Assembly: GCA_039801885.1 (NCBI GenBank)
Contig: JBDRVN010000014.1
Span: 1-34,498 of the forward strand
Source: a candidate division WOR-3 bacterium
GTDB taxonomy: Bacteria > Hydrothermota > Tepidihabitantia > Tepidihabitantales > DTDR01
Length of the DNA stretch: 34,498 nt
Reading direction: 5' to 3'
Of the stretch, positions 28,657 through 34,498 are shown in pieces. How positions within the stretch are numbered: the stretch's first letter is position 1; each line of letters begins with the position of its first letter. A program made the translations under genes and the position numbers. Below the pieces are notes generated by a model. That model was not told where the DNA came from. It did no database searches and was given only the letters and a program-made list of their open reading frames with translations.

Positions 28657-29066
28657 AATTTGCTTAATGCCTTAACCACACCAGCAATTATTGCTTCTGG
28701 TTTTGGAGGACAACCAGGAATATAAACATCTACCGGTAGATGTTTATCATAAGGTCCAACAACATTATAAGAGTCCTTAAACATATGACAATCACAAGCA
28801 CAAGTACCAACCGCAATCACTAAGCAAGGTTTGGGAGTTTGATTATAAACTTCTAAAACCCTGGGCAGGCTCTTTCGATTAATAACACCGGTAACTAATA
28901 AGGCATCGGCATGCCTTGGTGAACCGACCAAAAGAATACCAAACCTTTCAACATCAAACCGCGGCGTTAAAGCAGCTAAAATTTCAATATCACAGTTATT
29001 GCAAGAGGCTGCGGCTACGTGAAAAACCCAAGGAGATTTTTTAAGCGCCTTTAATTTAACACTCAT
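28653..29066 (-). CDS. Group 4 hydrogenase small subunit (NuoB/MbhJ-like)
   Basis: SCNNCDIE, SPRHAD, VGTC, PVDVYIPGCPPKPE. Confidence 0.92.
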   Translation of the reverse strand: MSVKLKALKKSPWVFHVAAASCNNCDIEILAALTPRFDVERFGILLVGSPRHADALLVTGVINRKSLPRVLEVYNQTPKPCLVIAVGTCACDCHMFKDSYNVVGPYDKHLPVDVYIPGCPPKPEAIIAGVVKALSKL

Positions 29067-29980
29067 AAACCACTTAATGCCAAAATAATTCCTAAAATTG
29101 AAAAAGGTCCTAAAATAAACCAGAAAAATTTTAATGCCTGGTCAATCCTTAATCGGGGATTAGTATTTTTCATTAAGACAATTAATAAGAAAATAATTAA
29201 GAATTTAATAATAAATGTAAAAATATTTTTTGCTGGCCATAATAATGATATTAATAAAGCAGGTAAAGATAAAAGTAATATCGCTCTTGCTAATTTAAAA
29301 AGTGCCAAAGCAACACCCGAATATTCTAAAATTGTTCCCGCCATTATCTCTTGTTCTGCTTCGGCAATATCAAAAGGCACATAGCCCAACTTTGCTTGAA
29401 AGACAAAAAGTAAGGTTAGAAAACTAATCACTCCCGACAAAGAATAGAGAAAGGGAAAATTATTTTGTGCGATAATTATCTCTCCCAATTTAATATTACC
29501 ACCAGCTTTCACAATAGAAATAAGTAAGGCAAAGATAAAAGGAAGTTCGTAGCCAATCAATAGCATAACTTCTCTTTGGGCACCACAACCACTTAATGGA
29601 TTCCGCGAAGAAGAAGCTCCTAAAATAAAACCAATCGGCACTAAAGTAAGAAAATATAAAATAACAATAATGTCGCCTAAAAAAGATCTTTGAGGATACA
29701 AAAGAAAATAGTAAATCATTGTGCCACTGATTAAGGCGCTCAAAAAAGATAAAACCGGCGCAAAGAGAAATAAAACTTTGCTACTATTAATTGGAATAAT
29801 AACTTCTTTTAGGAGTAATTTAAGAAAATCAGCATAAGGTTGATACCAAGGCGGACCAACCCGCCACTGTATCCTTGCTGTTATCTTTCTATCAAGAAAA
29901 GTTAAAAACATCCCCAAAACTGCTAAGAAAAGAAACCCAGGAAAAATTAAGAAATGAAATAATAAACTTAAAACATTCAT
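29063..29980 (-). CDS. NuoH/MbhM-like membrane subunit
   Basis: DRKITARIQWRVGPP, PFDIAEAEQEI, PRLRIDQ. Start set at ATG 29980 (ATGA overlap with upstream stop). Confidence 0.9.
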   Translation of the reverse strand: MNVLSLLFHFLIFPGFLFLAVLGMFLTFLDRKITARIQWRVGPPWYQPYADFLKLLLKEVIIPINSSKVLFLFAPVLSFLSALISGTMIYYFLLYPQRSFLGDIIVILYFLTLVPIGFILGASSSRNPLSGCGAQREVMLLIGYELPFIFALLISIVKAGGNIKLGEIIIAQNNFPFLYSLSGVISFLTLLFVFQAKLGYVPFDIAEAEQEIMAGTILEYSGVALALFKLARAILLLSLPALLISLLWPAKNIFTFIIKFLIIFLLIVLMKNTNPRLRIDQALKFFWFILGPFSILGIILALSGL

Positions 29981-30450
29981 ACCCTTCGCCAATAAGGTGA
30001 ACGAGATAGATATCTTACACCAACCTTCACTTTCTCAATCTCACTCTCTTTGATAAATTTCAAAGCACCAGTAGCACAAGAATTGGCACATCTCGGACCT
30101 TGCTCATTTTGATAGCAAAGATTACATTTTTGGGTCACGTGATTAAGTAAACTATTTTCAATCACACCAAAAGGACAAGCCAAGGCACAACTTTTACAAC
30201 CAACACAATGAAAACTTGCCTGAAAAACAATATTTCTCTCTTCATCCCTTTTAATCACATTAAAAGGACAAGCAGCAGCACACAAAGGCTCTTCACAATG
30301 TTTACAAGCATGCGATAAAATAACTGTTGGTTTAATCTCGTTAATTGTTATTCTTTTTTCATTTTCAAAATAACTACGACAAGCTGATTCGCAAGACCGA
30401 CAACCAATACACAAATCTAAATCTAAAAAGAGATATCTTCTTTCGTTCAT
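29977..30450 (-). CDS. 4x[4Fe-4S] electron-transfer subunit (HycB/HydN/DmsB family)
   Basis: CIGCRSCESAC, CKHCEEPLCAAACP, CVGCKSCALACPFG, KCNLC, PRCANSC. Confidence 0.9.
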   Translation of the reverse strand: MNERRYLFLDLDLCIGCRSCESACRSYFENEKRITINEIKPTVILSHACKHCEEPLCAAACPFNVIKRDEERNIVFQASFHCVGCKSCALACPFGVIENSLLNHVTQKCNLCYQNEQGPRCANSCATGALKFIKESEIEKVKVGVRYLSRSPYWRRV

Positions 30451-31961
30451 TCTAATATTAAAGGATTAATTATAATAAATTTTTCTTTCTCGTCAAGAGA
30501 AATCGGAAAATATCTTCTACTCGCTAAATTTTCCAATTCTAAAATTCCCAGATTCTCCGGAAGTTCCTTTTTAATCTTTATCGGCAGAGAAATCTTTGTT
30601 TCTTGCTTGTGATTTAGATATAAATAATTATCTTTCTCAAATATCTCTAAGAAATAAAAAGGCTCTCTTTTACCAACCACTACCAAATTATTTTCTATTC
30701 TCTCTTTATTCTCTTTGTAAAAACTTAGATAACTATTAAACCTTTCCCAAATATCTTTCTCTTTATAAATTTTTTCTTTAGAATACTCAAAATCTTGAAT
30801 ATTTATCTTTAAATCAAAATTAATCTCTTCTAAGATTTCCGAAATAGTCCGACTTCCCGAATAAGGAGGAATTGAGTTTTGCTCTTCTATCGGTAAACTT
30901 TGGGGCAAAAAATAGGTAGAAGAAAGACCCGCCAAAGGCATCGGATAGAAACTGGTTAAATATATTTTCTCACACTTGTTTAATTTTTCATAAACCTGGG
31001 GATAAAAGAAAGAGATGCTATTGCCAAAATTCACCAAAAGTTTTGTCTCTCTTTTTTCTATCTTTTCTAAAATCTCACCGAAACTAATATCCAAAGGAAT
31101 TGAGTTGAAATTCTTTAAGCCAAGGAAATATAAATTAGTTTTCTTATTACAAAAAGTTTGGAGTAATAAAGAGTATAATATCGGCTCAAAAGTTTTCCCA
31201 TTTTCCAAAGAGACTATCACAAGACCATTTTTAGCATTCAAGATTTTTTCGGAATATAATTCAATTAAAGCGGGATTTATTCCGCAAAGGTTTTCTATCT
31301 CTTCAATTTTAATCCCTTTGGTTTTTATTATCTGGGCTTTTTCTAAAATCAAAAATAGAACCAATAATTCAGTACCAATTTTCGGAACTAAAAACTGATT
31401 AGTAAAACCACTAGCCCGATTTCTAAATAGATCTATTCCGTATAATAAAACATTCTTATCTTCATATTTTCTTTTTAAAATCCTTCTTGCGACAATTGGA
31501 AAACTACCAAAGACATCGCCAATAATTAAAATGAAATCGGCTTTATCAATTTTTTCTAAATCACCTTCTTTTACACCATTTGCTTTAAAGGAAAAGAAAA
31601 TATCCGGCTCTAAATAACTCGAAAAGATATTTTCTATCCCAAAGGATTTAAAGAAACTATATATCTTTTTCTTATCTTCCTCTTTTAAAAAGGCATCTAA
31701 ACCAATTGCTATCTCTTCTTTTTTGTAGGTTTTTAAATCTTTTGTAAGTTCTTTGATAACTTCTTTGAAGCTTCTTGTCTCTTTCTTACCATTGTTTATA
31801 AAAAGGGGAAGTGATAATCTTTTGGGACTATCTAACAAAATAGGAAGAGCATTACCTCTTGCACAAAGGGGTCCTTCATAACGAATAGCAAACTTAAATT
31901 TTTCTTTCTTGATTGTTAAAGGACAATTTAAAAAACAAAAAGGACAATTTACTTTTACCAT
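30447..31961 (-). CDS. Degenerate molybdopterin-oxidoreductase-family subunit (FdhA/NuoG-like)
   Basis: CPFCFLNC...LCARG...RLSLP Fe4S4 domain; IDKADFILIIGD; PKIGTE. No recognisable catalytic Cys/Sec-His motif. Start 31961 or 31982. Confidence 0.7.
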   Translation of the reverse strand: MVKVNCPFCFLNCPLTIKKEKFKFAIRYEGPLCARGNALPILLDSPKRLSLPLFINNGKKETRSFKEVIKELTKDLKTYKKEEIAIGLDAFLKEEDKKKIYSFFKSFGIENIFSSYLEPDIFFSFKANGVKEGDLEKIDKADFILIIGDVFGSFPIVARRILKRKYEDKNVLLYGIDLFRNRASGFTNQFLVPKIGTELLVLFLILEKAQIIKTKGIKIEEIENLCGINPALIELYSEKILNAKNGLVIVSLENGKTFEPILYSLLLQTFCNKKTNLYFLGLKNFNSIPLDISFGEILEKIEKRETKLLVNFGNSISFFYPQVYEKLNKCEKIYLTSFYPMPLAGLSSTYFLPQSLPIEEQNSIPPYSGSRTISEILEEINFDLKINIQDFEYSKEKIYKEKDIWERFNSYLSFYKENKERIENNLVVVGKREPFYFLEIFEKDNYLYLNHKQETKISLPIKIKKELPENLGILELENLASRRYFPISLDEKEKFIIINPLILE

Positions 31962-31962
31962 A

Positions 31963-32778
31963 TCAGATAAATGGGTCTTCAATATCTTTTATCTGTTGCC
32001 AAGTTAATACCGGACCATCTTTACAGACAAAATATCTTCCCATCCGACAATGACCACACATCCCAACCGCACAAGACATATTCTTTTCCATCGATAAGTA
32101 AATATTCTCTTCTCGAAAACTCTTCTCCAATAATTTTTGTAAAGTAAATTTCATCATCAATGGTGGTCCACAAACAACCGCACAAGCAGTATTCACATCA
32201 CAAGGTATCTCATCTAATAAAATAGTAACAACACCAACCTTACCATCCCAAGTCTCATCACCAACATCAACAGTTAAATCTAAATCAACATTTTCAATCT
32301 TCTGCCATTCAAACAATGAATTTTTATATACCAAATCCCTTGGTGTCCGAGCACCATATCTTATATAAACCTTTTTATATTTAGATAGGTCGTGTAATAA
32401 TGCCAAAAATAAACTTCTCAAAGGCGCCATACCAACTCCACCACCAACAATAAATACCTCTCTTCCCTCAAACTTCTCCAAAGGATAAGGCTTACCAAAA
32501 GGACCTCTTAAACCAACATAATCACCCTTTTTTAAAGAGAATAAACCATTGGTTACCCTGCCAACCCTCATAATGGTAAATTCTATCTTCTCTTTATCAT
32601 AAGGTGATGAAGAAGGAGTAAAAAATCCTTCACCAATTCCCAAGCAAGTTAACGCCGCAAATTGACCTGCCAAAAAACTAAACTCTTGTTCGGGCGCTAA
32701 AACAAAGGTCCTAATTGTTGGTGTCTCGTCAATAATATCTAATATCTTTGCCTTGATTACCTTAAATAACTTACTCAT
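31963..32778 (-). CDS. HydG/AsrB-like FAD/NAD(P)-binding subunit
   Basis: AGQF, RGPFGKPYP, GGGVGMAPLRS, CGPPLMM, MSCAVGMCGHC, CKDGPV. Confidence 0.9.
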   Translation of the reverse strand: MSKLFKVIKAKILDIIDETPTIRTFVLAPEQEFSFLAGQFAALTCLGIGEGFFTPSSSPYDKEKIEFTIMRVGRVTNGLFSLKKGDYVGLRGPFGKPYPLEKFEGREVFIVGGGVGMAPLRSLFLALLHDLSKYKKVYIRYGARTPRDLVYKNSLFEWQKIENVDLDLTVDVGDETWDGKVGVVTILLDEIPCDVNTACAVVCGPPLMMKFTLQKLLEKSFREENIYLSMEKNMSCAVGMCGHCRMGRYFVCKDGPVLTWQQIKDIEDPFI

Positions 32779-33812
32779 AAACCTAATAAAATCTTTCTAA
32801 TATCAATCTTTCCCATACAGACGGAAAAACACCGGCCACATCCGGAACAGGCATAAAAATTATAATCAAAATAGAAATTACTAAATTTACAATGGAAACG
32901 ATTTCTTCCCCTTTTATAAAATTCTGCCCGCGGATTTAAACCACCAGCAACCCTGGCATACATTGGATGATAACAGGTATCCCAAACCTTTATCCTTTCA
33001 TAATGCTTTTCTACTTGATAATCACTCAAAAGAAAACAGAAGCAAGTAGGACAGACATAAAGACAACCAAAACATTCTACACAACTTTCTAAATTTTTAT
33101 CCCAAAAATTCTTTTCACCTTCTAATACCTTCTTACTAATATCCTCTTTTAGTTCCTTTTCATTTATCTTTTTTAAGGTAAAATAGGCATTATCTCTTAT
33201 CTCGTTTCTTCTTTCCAAAATCTCCCTCTCCGCCTCCTCTTTTCTTACACCAATCCTCTCTTTCAACAATTCCTCTCCCCTTTCGGTAAATACCTCTACC
33301 AAAATTTTATTATCAACAAAAGAAAGATTTAAATCAGGTAAAATTCCATCAATATCCCTATCAACATAAGGCTTCAAACCAACCAAATTACAAAAACAGG
33401 TATCCTGCGGATAAGGACAATCAGCCGAAATAATCAAAGTATTCTCAAGCCTATCTTTAAACTCCTCAAAAACAAAATCCTCTTTTAGATACATCTTTTT
33501 CAGAACCGCCAAAGGTCTTAAATCGCAAACCTTAGCACCAATTAATAAAACCTTTTCTCTCTCTTTAGAATCTTCACCATTACCAAAACTTGCTACCTTC
33601 TCTTTCGGAAGCGAAAAAATCGCCTTTAAAGGTTCCCAAACACGGATATTTTCAAAAACCGAAAGAGAAAACTTTTCTAATTTTTCCTTATCTAAAATTG
33701 CTATATTGGGAACTTTTTGACCATCAAAAATTTCGGGAACAAAAATCTTATAACTATTTAACCACTGATGTAAAAGATTTCTGAAAGATATTTCATCTAA
33801 AACAAAAATCAT
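32775..33812 (-). CDS. HydB/AsrA-like Fe-S subunit
   Basis: CDL, CFC, CVECFGCLYVCPTCFCF, WDTC, ACSGCGRCFSVC. Start set at ATG 33812, 8 nt after the -10 box. Confidence 0.88.
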   Translation of the reverse strand: MIFVLDEISFRNLLHQWLNSYKIFVPEIFDGQKVPNIAILDKEKLEKFSLSVFENIRVWEPLKAIFSLPKEKVASFGNGEDSKEREKVLLIGAKVCDLRPLAVLKKMYLKEDFVFEEFKDRLENTLIISADCPYPQDTCFCNLVGLKPYVDRDIDGILPDLNLSFVDNKILVEVFTERGEELLKERIGVRKEEAEREILERRNEIRDNAYFTLKKINEKELKEDISKKVLEGEKNFWDKNLESCVECFGCLYVCPTCFCFLLSDYQVEKHYERIKVWDTCYHPMYARVAGGLNPRAEFYKRGRNRFHCKFSNFYFDYNFYACSGCGRCFSVCMGKIDIRKILLGL

Positions 33813-33922
33813 AAACACTAATTATACTTAAAAAAATTTTTATGTCAAATGCTTTAAAAGATATTTTATCTAAAATAAAAATCATAAACACCAATTATAC
33901 TTAAAAAAATTTTTATGTCAAA
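33784..33922 (-). repeat. 66-bp direct repeat (two copies, 73-bp period), each carrying TTGACA-N16-TATAAT
   Basis: 33784-33849 and 33857-33922 differ at 3 positions; each contains the promoter and the first ~10 codons of the HydB-like gene. Confidence 0.92.
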
Positions 33923-34498
33923 CATTTTCACCTTCTAAAACCTCATTAAGGCGATATTTTTCAATTAGGTCTTTTGATATGGGAATGCCAGCATCTCTCA
34001 TCGCTTTTAACCTCTTCCTTAAAGAATGCCACTTCTCTTTTTGATATTCTTCAAGAGTAAGAGCCCTTCTGTTGCTATTAGAACTTCCACTAATATCTTT
34101 GTAAATCTCTTTGAATTCTTTTGTCTCTCCAAGCCTCTCAATACCCGAATTTGTGAATCTATTACACCCGGTATCAGGTATCTTTTGGGTATTCTCACTA
34201 TTATTTTTCTCTTTTTTTACTTCTTCTAACTTTTTATCTGAACCTTCCACTTCCCTTCCGATATCCCTTCCACTCTCACTTCCATCCTGCCTTCCGTTAG
34301 TACCTAAGATATTTTTAAAGATATTGCTAAAGATATTGTTAAGAGGATTGATTGATATTTTATTACCTATATCTTTTATTATTTTATTTATTATATCTTT
34401 TATCTCTATTCTTTTTAATAATAAATTGATAATTATTTTACCAAGTTCTGTTAATATATAAGCAGTCTTTTTAAATCTTCCTATTCTAATATTTATTT
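33918..34498 (-). CDS. Winged-helix protein with repetitive linker, 5' end beyond the window
   Basis: The frame is open upstream of the GTG at 34250 to the window edge: INIRIGRFKKTAYILTELGKIIINLL (wing plus YxLTxxG helix), then NIFS-NIFK-NILG and GRQD-GSES-GRDI-GREV repeats. Confidence 0.65.
   Translation of the reverse strand, partial: INIRIGRFKKTAYILTELGKIIINLLLKRIEIKDIINKIIKDIGNKISINPLNNIFSNIFKNILGTNGRQDGSESGRDIGREVEGSDKKLEEVKKEKNNSENTQKIPDTGCNRFTNSGIERLGETKEFKEIYKDISGSSNSNRRALTLEEYQKEKWHSLRKRLKAMRDAGIPISKDLIEKYRLNEVLEGENV

Noticed and set aside
6-31398. Short ORF-track calls overlapping real genes (e.g. 6..191, 294..524, 3610..3975, 4917..5342, 17555..17800, 31015..31398)
   Set aside because: Antisense or alternate-frame shadows of well-supported genes, with no motifs.
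30447-31982. Active or selenocysteine formate dehydrogenase
   Set aside because: No in-frame TGA, no Cys/Sec-His motif, and too short.
31963-33818. Anaerobic sulfite reductase AsrABC
   Set aside because: No AsrC siroheme subunit in the window; neighbours are hydrogenase genes.
33784-33922. CRISPR array
   Set aside because: Only two 66-bp units separated by 7 nt, made of promoter and coding sequence; no cas genes.
34111-34461. 116-aa plus-strand Leu/Ile-rich ORF
   Set aside because: Antisense shadow of the minus-strand winged-helix ORF.

Overview
Very AT-rich bacterial window; the gene content suggests an anaerobic diderm, possibly a WOR-3-like lineage (inference only). Left to right: (1) a minus-strand type IV pilus/T2SS-like cluster with four prepilins, a PilM-PilN fusion, PilO, two PilP/GspB-like proteins, PilQ, and PilT running off the left edge; (2) a housekeeping operon: tandem-HTH gene, smpB, amidase, murI, rph, nfi, chrA; (3) a ~1.5 kb decayed region holding frameshifted remnants of a small helical protein family that resembles the capsid proteins of SIRV2-type filamentous archaeal viruses, behind an ECF-type promoter; (4) a plus-strand soluble group 3b [NiFe]-hydrogenase (hydBGDA); (5) a convergent 18-gene minus-strand operon for an Mrp-containing group 4 [NiFe]-hydrogenase headed by its own HydB/HydG-like NAD(P)H module and a degenerate molybdopterin-oxidoreductase-like subunit; (6) a 66-bp tandem duplication of that operon's promoter and a winged-helix gene running off the right edge. 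Several operon-initial genes appear leaderless. All calls come from motif reading; no searches were run.
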